56,032 nucleotides of DNA from an uncultured Candidatus Saccharibacteria bacterium (GTDB lineage: Bacteria; Patescibacteriota; Minisyncoccia; Minisyncoccales; UBA1441): the NCBI GenBank assembly GCA_964615735.1, contig CAZTQU010000001.1, forward strand, positions 1 through 56,032, given 5' to 3'. The notes below the pieces were generated by a model. That model was not told the origin of the DNA, searched no databases, and was given only the letters and a program-made list of their open reading frames with translations. A program made the position numbers and the translations under genes. Below, one piece after another: positions 27,911 through 37,370 of this stretch; the stretch's first letter is position 1; each line of letters begins with the position of its first letter.

Positions 27911-28195
27911 ATGCCTATCACTAAATCAGCGAAAAAAGCTCTTCGCCAAAGCCTTAGGCGGCGGAAAGAAAATCTTCGGCGTCAAAAAAAGATGCGGGAA
28001 CTAAAGAAAAGAATTATCTCTCTCTCCAAGGGCCAAAAATCAAAAGAAGCTCTAGCTTTACTGCCTCAATACCATCGGGCCGTTGACAAAGCCGCCAAAA
28101 CAAAAGTTATTAAAGAGAACACGGCCGGCCGGAGAAAATCCCGGCTGGCGGCTCGACTTAATCAGTCCGGGAAAACTTCAACAGAAAATCATTAA
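27911..28195 (+). CDS. rpsT: 30S ribosomal protein S20
   Basis: MPITKSAKKALRQSLRRRKENL...; 94 aa, basic. Confidence 0.9.
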   Translation: MPITKSAKKALRQSLRRRKENLRRQKKMRELKKRIISLSKGQKSKEALALLPQYHRAVDKAAKTKVIKENTAGRRKSRLAARLNQSGKTSTENH

Positions 28196-29114
28196 GAGCC
28201 GGCCGGGGCAATTGCCGGCCAGTTTTTATCCCGAGATCTGCCTGAAACAGGTCCCGGATTTTCTTTTTCAAATTCCCCGCCGAAAAACGCTGGGCGGGAT
28301 TGATCAAATAATAGACCGCTTTCGAATTAAAAGGCACCTCGGCTCTAATCTGCCAAGCATTTTTCCCCTCATCAAGCAGAGAACGCACATAGAGCAGGTG
28401 AACCAGCAAAGCGTTAAATTGGCCGATTAAAAATTCTGGCGGCCCGCCTTGATCAAGATAATGGTTAACCATCGTCAGCGCTTCCGAAAGTTTATTCTCT
28501 TGTAAAGCATTAACCACTTGAAAAACATTAATGGAGGAAGAAAAATCCATTAATTTCTCCACTTCTTCCGCCGACACTTCCTTTCCTCCCTCTCCCAGAT
28601 AAGCAGCGATTTTTTTCAGAGCTAGCTGGCCGAGCCAAAGATCTCCCTTGATCAGGCTGGCCAAGCGAGTCCGGGCCCCCGACTGAAGAACTAAGCCGTA
28701 ACTCTCCGCCTCCTTATCCAGCCAAGCAGTTGTTTCACTTAAACCAAGAGAAGAAAATTCTTCACTCTTCACCTGTTTCTTCAGTTTCTGGAAAAGGGGG
28801 TCTTTTTTCTTAATCTTCCCCAGATGATAAAAAACAAAAAGGGTAGCTGATTGATCTAGCTTCTCTACAACCGACTGAAGTTGGCAACAGAATTTTTCCG
28901 GCGCCTGGAAAAGATTTTTTATAACCACCAGCCGGCGCTCAACAAACATAGAAGGCTGATGGCAAATATCTTGGAAATGAGGAAAGGAAATTTCTGACCC
29001 TTCTAGTTCCACCAAGTTCATCGGGCCGCCGTGGGCCTTTTGGTAACGGCGCTTAATTTCCTTTAACTTCTGGGAAAGTCGATAACTGTCCGGACCATAA
29101 AAAAAGTAAATCAT
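28158..29114 (-). CDS. holA: DNA polymerase III delta subunit
   Basis: I chose the start MIYFFYGPDSYRL, whose ATG overlaps the mutM TGA as ATGA. The HolA-like clamp-loader pattern continues through the protein. The track's start at 29189 would overlap mutM by 79 nt. Confidence 0.7.
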   Translation of the reverse strand: MIYFFYGPDSYRLSQKLKEIKRRYQKAHGGPMNLVELEGSEISFPHFQDICHQPSMFVERRLVVIKNLFQAPEKFCCQLQSVVEKLDQSATLFVFYHLGKIKKKDPLFQKLKKQVKSEEFSSLGLSETTAWLDKEAESYGLVLQSGARTRLASLIKGDLWLGQLALKKIAAYLGEGGKEVSAEEVEKLMDFSSSINVFQVVNALQENKLSEALTMVNHYLDQGGPPEFLIGQFNALLVHLLYVRSLLDEGKNAWQIRAEVPFNSKAVYYLINPAQRFSAGNLKKKIRDLFQADLGIKTGRQLPRPALNDFLLKFSRTD

Positions 29115-29968
29115 GGTTTTGGCTGGCAGTGAGGACAATAATAAGTGGAGCGGCCTCCCAATTTTATCCTTTCTATTAAGGAATGGCAACGGAGGCAGGG
29201 CTTGCCTTCCCGACGATAAACTTTTAATTGGGAAGTATAATGTCCTTTTTCGTTTTCTATGTCTCGAAAGTCGGCGATGCTTGTTCCTTGTTGTTCCACC
29301 GCTTCCTGAAGAATTTCCCTCATCGCTTGGTAAATTCTTTCCCTTTCTTCGGGAAAAAGAGTAAAAGCTTTTCTCTCCGGGTGAATTCTAGCCGCCCCTA
29401 GAATTTCACTGGCATAAATATTGCCTATCCCACTGACCAAAGACTGGTCTAAGAGAGTAAGCTTAATCGGTCTTCGGCTCTTGGAAAGCAGTAATTGAAA
29501 TTTCTCAAGAGAAAAATCGGCGGTTAAAGGGTCAGGGCCAATCTTTTGAAGGAGAGGAATAGTGCTTGATTTTTCAACCGGCCAAAGTTCTAGCCGAGAA
29601 AACTTTCTCAAATCGGACCAAGCAAGCAAACTTCCGTTATCCAGCCAGAAAAGGAAATGAATGTATTCTTCGGCCAAAGCTGATTTCCGCTTTTCTACCT
29701 GCTCTTTCCCGCAACTATAAAGAAAATGGCCGGTCATTTTCGGATGAACGAGGAGAATGGCTGGCGGAGAAAGATAAAAAAGGAGTACTTTTCCCCGGCG
29801 GCAAATCTCATCTATTTTCCGACCTTTGATTGCCAGCCGAAATTCCGCAAAAGAAGCCGGATAATGAATTAATTTAGGCGTATCTGTCCAAACATCAAGA
29901 AAGGTCCGGCCCCGGACCTTTTTCTCCAACCCCCTCTTCATGGTTTCCACCTCCGGCAGCTCAGGCAC
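29111..29968 (-). CDS. mutM: Formamidopyrimidine-DNA glycosylase (Fpg/MutM)
   Basis: MPELPEVET N-terminus, H2TH region, and C-terminal zinc finger CLRC...CPHCQ. Confidence 0.9.
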   Translation of the reverse strand: MPELPEVETMKRGLEKKVRGRTFLDVWTDTPKLIHYPASFAEFRLAIKGRKIDEICRRGKVLLFYLSPPAILLVHPKMTGHFLYSCGKEQVEKRKSALAEEYIHFLFWLDNGSLLAWSDLRKFSRLELWPVEKSSTIPLLQKIGPDPLTADFSLEKFQLLLSKSRRPIKLTLLDQSLVSGIGNIYASEILGAARIHPERKAFTLFPEERERIYQAMREILQEAVEQQGTSIADFRDIENEKGHYTSQLKVYRREGKPCLRCHSLIERIKLGGRSTYYCPHCQPKP

Positions 29969-30356
29969 GGCTCTCCAAAGGTTTCTTCACTCGGTCAATA
30001 ATTTCGTCAGGGGTAAATTGAGCTTTCACTAAATAATCTTGAGCCCCCAAATCAAATCCTCTTTCAATATCTTCTCTTTGTCCGAGATTAGAAAGGACGA
30101 TTACTGGAATAGAACTGCTTTGAGGATCATCCTTGATTTTCTTCAAGACTTCAAAACCGTCAATCCCAGGAAGAATTAAATCTAAGAGAATAAGATCCGG
30201 CTTGGCAGAAACAACTTTTTCCAAGCCTTCTTGGCCGTCAATGGCCTTGATTACTTTAAAGCCCGATTCTTCAAGCTTTTTGGACATGAGCTCGCTCAGG
30301 AAAACATCGTCTTCAATGATGAGAATAGTATTTTGAGAAGAAGTTGAGGAAGACAT
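29961..30356 (-). CDS. Single-domain (REC-only, CheY-like) response regulator
   Basis: ILIIEDD...LILLDLILPGIDG...SNLG...YLVK; there is no output domain. Confidence 0.85.
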   Translation of the reverse strand: MSSSTSSQNTILIIEDDVFLSELMSKKLEESGFKVIKAIDGQEGLEKVVSAKPDLILLDLILPGIDGFEVLKKIKDDPQSSSIPVIVLSNLGQREDIERGFDLGAQDYLVKAQFTPDEIIDRVKKPLESRA

Positions 30357-30366
30357 ATCTTAAAAT

Positions 30367-30747
30367 TTAAATAGTTATTTTAGCTTGGAAAATACTTTTC
30401 ACTTTTTGGACCACTTCCTCGGGATTAAATTCTGTTTTTAATACCCAATCAACCACTCCTTGTTCTTTGGCCCGGCTAAGCTCTCCCACTTCTCCCGCAT
30501 TAGAGATAACTAAAGTCGGAAGTTTCTTCCATCGGGGATCATTATTCTTTCTGGCTAAAAAACTGAAAGCGTTCAGGCCAGAAATATCTAAATCCAAAAT
30601 GATTAAATGAACTTCTCCTTGAGCAAGGGTCTCTAATCCCTCCTCCACTTGGTTATTGATAATCAGCCGGTAGCCTTCTTCTGTCAGTCTCCTTTCTAAA
30701 GAATCAGAGATTAACTTTTCGCTTTCCAGAAGAAGAATGGTTTTCAT
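30367..30747 (-). CDS. Single-domain REC response regulator with a divergent acidic pocket (ESE in place of DD)
   Basis: ILLLESE...LIILDLDISG...ISNAG...WVLK; 126 aa. Confidence 0.8.
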   Translation of the reverse strand: MKTILLLESEKLISDSLERRLTEEGYRLIINNQVEEGLETLAQGEVHLIILDLDISGLNAFSFLARKNNDPRWKKLPTLVISNAGEVGELSRAKEQGVVDWVLKTEFNPEEVVQKVKSIFQAKITI

Positions 30748-30784
30748 GTTCCTTGACTGGATTATAACACCTATCCAAAACCGT

Positions 30785-32743
30785 TCAACTGGCTAGCCGG
30801 GGAATAGTGAGGTAGAAAGTTGTCCCTTTCCCTAACTGAGATTCAAACCAAATTCTTCCCTGATGAGCCTCAATGACGTTTCTGGCGATGAAGAGTCCCA
30901 GCCCGGTGCCATTGGTTCTCATTTGAACGGCATTGCGCCCCCGGAAAAATCTCTGAAAAACTTTTTTCTGGTCGGCTTTAGTGATGCCGATGCCGTTGTC
31001 TTTGACCATCAACAAAAGGTTATCGTCTTCCTTCCGGAGAGAAAGAGTAATTTCCCCTTCCGGCGGCGTATAATGAATAGCATTATTCACCAGATTTTGA
31101 ATGGCCAACTGAACTTTTTCTTTATCTATCTTGGCCAGAGAAGATTCCTTTCCCTTCTGAAAAGAAACTTTTAGTTTTTTCTGGATAATGACTTCTTTAG
31201 TATTTTCCAGCACTTCTTCCACCATTTTTCCCAAATCAGCCTTCTGAAGATCATAGAGAAATTTTCCCTCCTCAATATGACTAACGTTCAAAAGATCATT
31301 AACCAAAGCAATGAGCCGTTCATTGCTCTGATAGGTTTTGTCCAACCAGGCCTTCTGATTAGCCGCCACCTTACCCGCTTCTCCGTCAAGAATCATTCTG
31401 ATGCTCCACTTAATAGCCGAAAGAGGAGTCCTCAATTGATGAGCGACAATAGAAACAAAATCTGTTTTCATCTTCTGAATATGTTTTTCCCGAGAGATAT
31501 CGTGGAAAACCATTAAGTATCCCAAACAGCGACTCTTGCTCTTAAGGGAAACCGTGCTCACTTCAATGGTCACTCCTTCTTCAGTCGAGAATTCTTGCTT
31601 GTGAACTATTCGTATCTGATCACTTTCCCCAATTAAAGGGACAGCTAGAGCAATAAGGGGATATTTCTTTAAAATCTCCACCGGCTGCCCCTGGACCTCT
31701 CTTTCTTTAACCTGGAAATCTTCTTCTATCCGCTGATTGACTTCCTGAATAATCCCTTGCCGGTTGAGGATAATAAGCCCATCGACGAAGTTATCAATGA
31801 TGGTAGTAGTCAACTCCTCTTCTTTCACCAATTGCCGCCGGGCTCTCTCGCTGTCCTCCAAGATGTTAAGCAGAGCCTGAGCTGTTTCTTGAGCTTCCCG
31901 AGTCTTTTCCGGCTGTTGATTACTATGCTGCTGCACCTCTTCTTTTTCGCCAACCATTCGCTGGAACTCTTCCGTTAATCTCCTCATCTCTTTGATGTGA
32001 GCCAAGGTCCGGATTTGAAGAATTTCCCTTGTTTCTTTCAGCTCTCTTCTTAGTTTAAAAATAGCTTCCTCCCGGCCAGCCAATTTGTCTTCCAGCCGCC
32101 AGTTAACTTTCTTCAGTCCCTGATTCCACCAGCTGGACTGGTCCTGGGTAAAGTCCGCCACAATCTTTACTCCATAAAGAGCCACCCCAGCGAGGATAAT
32201 GGAAACCAAACTAGGGACATCAATCAAATCCAAGCCCGGCTGAGGATTTCCTAAAGACAGGGTAGATTGAGAATGGCCAAGAAGAACGAGGAAAGCCAAG
32301 CCTAGCCAGCTTATCAAGAAGAAGAAAGTCCGGTATAGCTCCGCCAGAAGCGGAGTAACTAAGGTTAAATAGAAAACAAAGAAAAGGGAAGCGGGAAAAG
32401 CAATAGGAATTAGCCAACTATTAATGACCGCACCGAAAAGATAGAAGCCCGCCCAAGCCGCTAAGAGCTCTAAAAAGATAATTTTTATTAAGACTTGTTG
32501 AATCCCCTCCGCCGTTAGGGCCGAATTTTTTTGAAAGTAAAAGTTGCCAAAAAAGAAGAGGCTGAAAGAAATCAGGACAAGAATACTCCCCAAGACAAGC
32601 GAGAAATTAGGCAAGGAAAAGACATAGAGGAAAAGAAAAACGAGCGCCAGCAACGGAAGGATAAGTTTTCTAATCTCCTTCTGGCGCTTAAGATTTTTAA
32701 GCAGCACTTGTTTTCTCAATTCACTTTCGCTTTCTCTTTCCAT
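30785..32743 (-). CDS. Sensor histidine kinase (polytopic membrane N-terminus, coiled coil, PAS-like region, HisKA, HATPase_c)
   Basis: H-box FVSIVAHQLRTPLSAI, N-box LVNNAIHYT, G1 VKDNGIGI, G2 GTGLGLFIARN. Confidence 0.85.
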   Translation of the reverse strand: MERESESELRKQVLLKNLKRQKEIRKLILPLLALVFLFLYVFSLPNFSLVLGSILVLISFSLFFFGNFYFQKNSALTAEGIQQVLIKIIFLELLAAWAGFYLFGAVINSWLIPIAFPASLFFVFYLTLVTPLLAELYRTFFFLISWLGLAFLVLLGHSQSTLSLGNPQPGLDLIDVPSLVSIILAGVALYGVKIVADFTQDQSSWWNQGLKKVNWRLEDKLAGREEAIFKLRRELKETREILQIRTLAHIKEMRRLTEEFQRMVGEKEEVQQHSNQQPEKTREAQETAQALLNILEDSERARRQLVKEEELTTTIIDNFVDGLIILNRQGIIQEVNQRIEEDFQVKEREVQGQPVEILKKYPLIALAVPLIGESDQIRIVHKQEFSTEEGVTIEVSTVSLKSKSRCLGYLMVFHDISREKHIQKMKTDFVSIVAHQLRTPLSAIKWSIRMILDGEAGKVAANQKAWLDKTYQSNERLIALVNDLLNVSHIEEGKFLYDLQKADLGKMVEEVLENTKEVIIQKKLKVSFQKGKESSLAKIDKEKVQLAIQNLVNNAIHYTPPEGEITLSLRKEDDNLLLMVKDNGIGITKADQKKVFQRFFRGRNAVQMRTNGTGLGLFIARNVIEAHQGRIWFESQLGKGTTFYLTIPRLAS

Positions 32744-33572
32744 GTTTTAATTTCTTGAGCTCTTCTTCCAGCTGGCTAATTTCTTTTTTCAATTCGATCA
32801 TCTTTAACTCCCGGCCGACAGCCACTTGGCGGAATCTCTCCAATTCCTGAATCCTGGTTCGAAGAGCTTGGGTCCGAATGGTGCTTTCCTTTTTTAAATT
32901 CTCTGTCTGCTGGCGCAGTTCTTTTGTTTTGGCTTGAATTCTTATTCTCAAGACTTTAGCCGTTTCCTCCAAATTTTGTTTTTCCCGATAGATGCTTCCC
33001 AATAATTGCCTTGAGCGAAAAGTATTCCAGATAGCCGTAACTGTCACCACCACCATAAAAATAAGGAAAAGAAGGAAATAGAGTAAGGCCGAATCCGTTT
33101 TCAAAAACAAAGGGGAATGGGCGGCAAAAAAAGAGAAGAGGCCAACGGTTGCTAAAAAGGCAGGCAGTAACAAGTCCCAAACAGAGAAGAAACAAGCGCT
33201 CGCCCAAGCTAGGGAAAGAAGCAGCAGGAGTCCATATTCAAATAAAATCAAAAACCAATTTTCCGGAGACTGGAAAACAAGGAAGAAGGTGAGAAAGGTA
33301 AAGATGAGATGATTGCTGTACCAGACAATTTTCTGATAGCCAACCTTCGCTCCCAGCCAAAAACTAATCGCCAGCCAAGCCAGCCAGATAAGAAGATAGC
33401 GCCCCATCCCCGGCCAGGAAACAAACTCTAGTTTCCCAAAATAGACAGCCGTTTCCAGACAAATAAGCCAGCTTCCCAGCAGGATAAAAAGAAAAGTGGT
33501 AAAGGACAGCTTCCGCCGCTGAAGAAATTTTTGAAACTCTTTGCTTTTTTGATAAAGGGAGGCAGAAAACAT
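32721..33572 (-). CDS. Polytopic membrane protein with a C-terminal coiled coil; resembles the sensor half of the adjacent kinase
   Basis: 283 aa with about 6 TM helices, then EKQNLEETAKVLRIRIQAKTKELRQQTENLKK...; there is no kinase domain. Confidence 0.5.
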   Translation of the reverse strand: MFSASLYQKSKEFQKFLQRRKLSFTTFLFILLGSWLICLETAVYFGKLEFVSWPGMGRYLLIWLAWLAISFWLGAKVGYQKIVWYSNHLIFTFLTFFLVFQSPENWFLILFEYGLLLLLSLAWASACFFSVWDLLLPAFLATVGLFSFFAAHSPLFLKTDSALLYFLLFLIFMVVVTVTAIWNTFRSRQLLGSIYREKQNLEETAKVLRIRIQAKTKELRQQTENLKKESTIRTQALRTRIQELERFRQVAVGRELKMIELKKEISQLEEELKKLKHGKRKRK

Positions 33573-33573
33573 A

Positions 33574-34485
33574 TTAGGGAAGGCGGGGAAGAAGACTTTT
33601 GAAGCCCAGCTCCATTAAGACCGCTTGCACCTTCTCTTTATTATATCCTTTTTGGGCGCATTTGGCCAAGGGAAGATCAAGAGAGAGATCGGTTTTAAGT
33701 GTAGCTAGCTGCTTGCTTAAAAAGGCTTGCTTTTTAAATTCTTGAAGCTTTTGCCGCCAAGCGGGTTTGATTGCCTCCCCGTCTTCTTCCAGCTGCTGAT
33801 AAATATTCTCCAGACTACCGAATTTTCGCAGTAGACGAAAAGCAGTTTTTGGCCCAATCCCCGGTACTCCGGGCAGATTATCCGAATTGTCCCCAGCCAG
33901 ACCCTTAAAGTCAGTAATCTTCTCCGGAGAAAGCCCTTCTAGTTTTTCCCGGGTTTTTTCTTCACCATAAAAAATGGTTTGGCTTACTCCTCTCTTTAAC
34001 AAGAGAACATTTACCCGGGCATTAACTAATTGCAAAAGATCAAAGTCTCCGGTCAGAATGAGAGTTTTGATCTGGGGATCAGTTACCTTTTTCGCCATCA
34101 CTCCGATCAGATCATCGGCTTCATAGCCGGTTTTTTCCAACACGGGAATGCCCAAGAGGCGGAGAATTTCTTTCGTCGGCGAAAGCTGAGCATAAAATTC
34201 ATCCGGGGCTTTAACCCGAGTCGCCTTGTACTGGGGATAGACCTGATGACGAAAGGTTTTCCCTGGAGAATCAAAGACGGCTACCACGTATTGAGGGGTC
34301 TGTTCCCGCAGAACTTTAAAAAGACAGGCTAAAAAGCCGTAGATGGCGTTGGTTGCTCTTCCCTTTTTATCCGTCAACCGCGGCAGGGCGTAGTAGGCCC
34401 GGTGCATCAGGGCATTGGAGTCTAAAAGAAGAAATTTTTGCTGACCATCAAGGTTTAAAGGGACGTTGACCATTTTGGTGACCAA
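33574..34485 (-). CDS. 5'-3' exonuclease (FEN/Pol I N-terminal domain homologue)
   Basis: LLLDSNALMHRAYYAL, GYEADD, TGDFDLLQL and GDNSDNLPGVPGIGPKTA. Confidence 0.85.
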   Translation of the reverse strand: MVTKMVNVPLNLDGQQKFLLLDSNALMHRAYYALPRLTDKKGRATNAIYGFLACLFKVLREQTPQYVVAVFDSPGKTFRHQVYPQYKATRVKAPDEFYAQLSPTKEILRLLGIPVLEKTGYEADDLIGVMAKKVTDPQIKTLILTGDFDLLQLVNARVNVLLLKRGVSQTIFYGEEKTREKLEGLSPEKITDFKGLAGDNSDNLPGVPGIGPKTAFRLLRKFGSLENIYQQLEEDGEAIKPAWRQKLQEFKKQAFLSKQLATLKTDLSLDLPLAKCAQKGYNKEKVQAVLMELGFKSLLPRLP

Positions 34486-34940
34486 GAAGGAGGAAAATGA
34501 AGAAGGACTTCCCTCTCTTTTAATTGCCGAAATTTAAACTCTACTTGAATTTTCATCAAGGGAAGCAGAGAAGAGAATTTATCTCCCCACTCCACCGCCA
34601 GCACATTCCGGGGATTAGCTAGCTTCTCCGCCCAGCCAAGCTTTTTAATTTGTGAGGCTTTCTGTAAACGGTAAAAATCAAAGTGGTAGAATTCTTGAAA
34701 ATGGCAAGCGGTTAAAGAATAGCTCCGGTAAATAATAAAAGTGGGGCTAAGAATTTTTTTAATCTGGAAAGCCCGGGCTAAACCTTGAAGGAAAGTCGTC
34801 TTTCCCCCGCCCAAATCTCCTTCCAGGCTGATGACCAAAGCTTGAGATAGAGAAGGGAGGCCCCGGCAACAAAACCGGCCTAGTTTTTCCCCCAGTTTTT
34901 TAGTTTCCGCCGGAGAACAAGTGATAAATTTGACTAACAC
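34455..34940 (-). CDS. tsaE: tRNA t6A37 biosynthesis ATPase TsaE
   Basis: LEGDLGGGKTTFLQGLARAF P-loop, PTFII and HFDFYRL. Confidence 0.85.
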   Translation of the reverse strand: MLVKFITCSPAETKKLGEKLGRFCCRGLPSLSQALVISLEGDLGGGKTTFLQGLARAFQIKKILSPTFIIYRSYSLTACHFQEFYHFDFYRLQKASQIKKLGWAEKLANPRNVLAVEWGDKFSSLLPLMKIQVEFKFRQLKEREVLLHFPPSWSPKWSTSL

Positions 34941-34962
34941 TCTAAAATCAGCTTAAATAACT

Positions 34963-36057
34963 TTGAATCATATGGAAGAAATGCCAATTAAAACCTTATC
35001 CTCTCTGATTAAAGAAAAGGAAAATATTTTTCTTTTCCCCGCCTTGAGTAATCGAGGAGATAGTCTCTTAGCCGGTTTGGCCCTCTTCTATAGTTTAAAA
35101 AATTCTGGGCAAAAAGCAAATCTTATTCTCGGTTCTCTCCCTTGGGAGGCTCAGCCTTTTATCAGCGAGGACTTTTCTTTCCAGCCCAAGATTATTATCC
35201 GGCCGCCGGCTTCTCTTCAAATTAAACAACTGCGCTACGAAAAGGAAAAAGAGCAGCTTATCCTTTATCTTGATGCTCAGGATAAAGCCCTTGACCGCCG
35301 GGACTTTGATCTCCTGCTTTCTCCTCAACCCCAGCCCGATCTTCTTATCACCTTGGGAGTGCAAAAATGGGAAGAGATTGTTCATCCTCTCTTTCGAAAT
35401 TTTCAGGATTCTCTGCCCATTATCAATATTGACTGTCATGCCTCTAATCAATATTTTGGCCGTCTCAACTTAGTTAATCCGCAGACTACCTCCTTAAGTC
35501 AATGGCTAACTGTTATTCTGCGTCAGCTTCAAGAAGAGGAAATTGATGCCCGGGCGGCTGGCTATCTGCTGCAGGGTCTTAAACTTCTCCCCCCGGAAAA
35601 ACAGACCAAAGAATCATTGGCCCAGATGCATTATCTTATGGGGAAGGGAGCTTTAGAATTTAATCCCCCCTCTTCTTTTCTCACCTCTCAAGCCAAGATT
35701 GATTTCCTGCAGCAAGCAATAAAGAAAATACAAGTTTTTTCAAAACCAAAAATTGCTTTTCTTCCCTTGGAAACAGGCGTTTGGCGTTCTCTTTCTCCCC
35801 CCTATCTGTCTTCTCTCCTTCAGGAATTGAAATCCGGGCTCTTCCAGTTTAAAAATATTCTCCTTCTTTGGAAAGTAGATCACCAAACTATTCAGGGAAT
35901 AGTTTCTCTCCAGAATCAAGAAAAGCAAAATCAGGTGCTGAAAGTTTTCTCCGGGAAAGAAAAAGGGAAAATTGGAATTTTCCGAGCGGGAAAGACAAAT
36001 CTTTCCTCGGTCAAGGATAGAATTTGGCCGCTCTTAACAGAAAAAAACAGCGATTAA
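34963..36057 (+). CDS. NrnA/DHH-family-like protein with degenerate catalytic motifs
   Basis: It is colinear with the DHH layout, but the motifs read ...ALSNRGDSLLAG..., ...LLITLGV... and IINIDCHASN (DHH becomes DCH). There is no GGGH in the C-terminal part. Confidence 0.4.
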   Translation: MNHMEEMPIKTLSSLIKEKENIFLFPALSNRGDSLLAGLALFYSLKNSGQKANLILGSLPWEAQPFISEDFSFQPKIIIRPPASLQIKQLRYEKEKEQLILYLDAQDKALDRRDFDLLLSPQPQPDLLITLGVQKWEEIVHPLFRNFQDSLPIINIDCHASNQYFGRLNLVNPQTTSLSQWLTVILRQLQEEEIDARAAGYLLQGLKLLPPEKQTKESLAQMHYLMGKGALEFNPPSSFLTSQAKIDFLQQAIKKIQVFSKPKIAFLPLETGVWRSLSPPYLSSLLQELKSGLFQFKNILLLWKVDHQTIQGIVSLQNQEKQNQVLKVFSGKEKGKIGIFRAGKTNLSSVKDRIWPLLTEKNSD

Positions 36058-37367
36058 CATCAAAAATAATGACCACTCTTGCTCACCAAGTACAAATTGA
36101 TCCGGCTGTCATTAAGGAGGTTCTTCCCCGGGTTCACCATATCCGGGATTATCAGAAAGCGCTGGAAGCCCATTTCTTGGGAGAAACTACCCGCTTAGTG
36201 GACATCATCTTAGCGGGAGCTATTCTCCTCCGCGCCTCCGACATTCATCTTGAGCCTCAACAAGAAAAAAGCGCCCGGCTGCGTATTAGAATCGACGGCG
36301 TTCTAAAAACAGTTTCTCTCCTCCCCATCCGTGTTTATGAACTTGCTCTTTCCCGAATTAAGCTGCTCTCCGGTCTTAAATTAAATATTACCCGCCGGGC
36401 CCAAGACGGACGCTTTACTATCTATTATCACCAAAGAGAAATTGAAGTCCGGACTTCTGTTCTCCCTTCAGAATTCGGAGAAACGATTGTTATGAGAATC
36501 TTGGACCCAGAATCGCTCCGGGATGTTGCCGCTCTTGGAATGCGGCCAGGGCTATTAAAGCTGATGAACCAAGAATTGGAGCGCCCCAATGGAATGATTC
36601 TCTTAACCGGGCCAACTGGCTCCGGAAAAACAACTACTCTTTATGCCTTCCTTAAAAAAATTGAAAATCCGGGGATAAAAATTATCACTATTGAAGATCC
36701 GATTGAATACCAGCTAGAAGGAATCTCTCAAACTCAGGTTGATCCCCAGCATGGTTATGATTTTGCCTCCGGCCTCTCCGCCATTGTTCGCCAAGACCCG
36801 GATGTCATTCTGGTGGGAGAAATCCGGGATGGGGATACCGCCCGCATTGCCATCCAGGCGGCAATGACCGGCCATTTAGTTTTTTCCACTCTCCATACCA
36901 ATGATGCCGCCGGGACAATTTCCCGCCTGGAAGCCCTGGGAGTGAGCAGCACGGATATTGCTCCCGCTCTTAATGTTGCCATCGCCCAGCGGCTTGTTCG
37001 TCGAGTCTGCCCTCACTGCTCTCATCTTTCTTCCCCAACTCCAGAGGAAAGGGAAGAGATAAAAAAGGCTTATGCTCAAATGCCAGCTTTAGTTTCCCTT
37101 CCGCCTTTCAAAGAGAAGATAAAGATTCTTCAAGCCAATCCGGCGGGTTGCTCCACCTGCAACTTTACTGGCTACCAAAATCGAATTGGCATTTTTGAGG
37201 CCTTCCGCGTCGATGACGAGATGGAAAATCTGATTCTGCGCTCCCCGTCTATTCCTAAGTTAAGGAACAAAGCTACGGAAAAAGGAATGCTTAGTCTCTA
37301 CCTAGACGGCATCCTGAAAGTGCTTAACCATCAGACTACCTTGGAAGAAGTCCATCGGATGACTTAA
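36024..37367 (+). CDS. pilB: GspE/PilB-family secretion/type IV pilus assembly ATPase (short N-terminus)
   Basis: Walker A LTGPTGSGKTTTL, Asp box, Walker B ILVGEIRD, His box, and tetracysteine CPHC...CSTC. The TTG start at 36024 has an AAGGA Shine-Dalgarno site; ATG 36069 is an alternative start. Confidence 0.85.
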   Translation: MAALNRKKQRLTSKIMTTLAHQVQIDPAVIKEVLPRVHHIRDYQKALEAHFLGETTRLVDIILAGAILLRASDIHLEPQQEKSARLRIRIDGVLKTVSLLPIRVYELALSRIKLLSGLKLNITRRAQDGRFTIYYHQREIEVRTSVLPSEFGETIVMRILDPESLRDVAALGMRPGLLKLMNQELERPNGMILLTGPTGSGKTTTLYAFLKKIENPGIKIITIEDPIEYQLEGISQTQVDPQHGYDFASGLSAIVRQDPDVILVGEIRDGDTARIAIQAAMTGHLVFSTLHTNDAAGTISRLEALGVSSTDIAPALNVAIAQRLVRRVCPHCSHLSSPTPEEREEIKKAYAQMPALVSLPPFKEKIKILQANPAGCSTCNFTGYQNRIGIFEAFRVDDEMENLILRSPSIPKLRNKATEKGMLSLYLDGILKVLNHQTTLEEVHRMT

Positions 37368-37370
37368 TCC

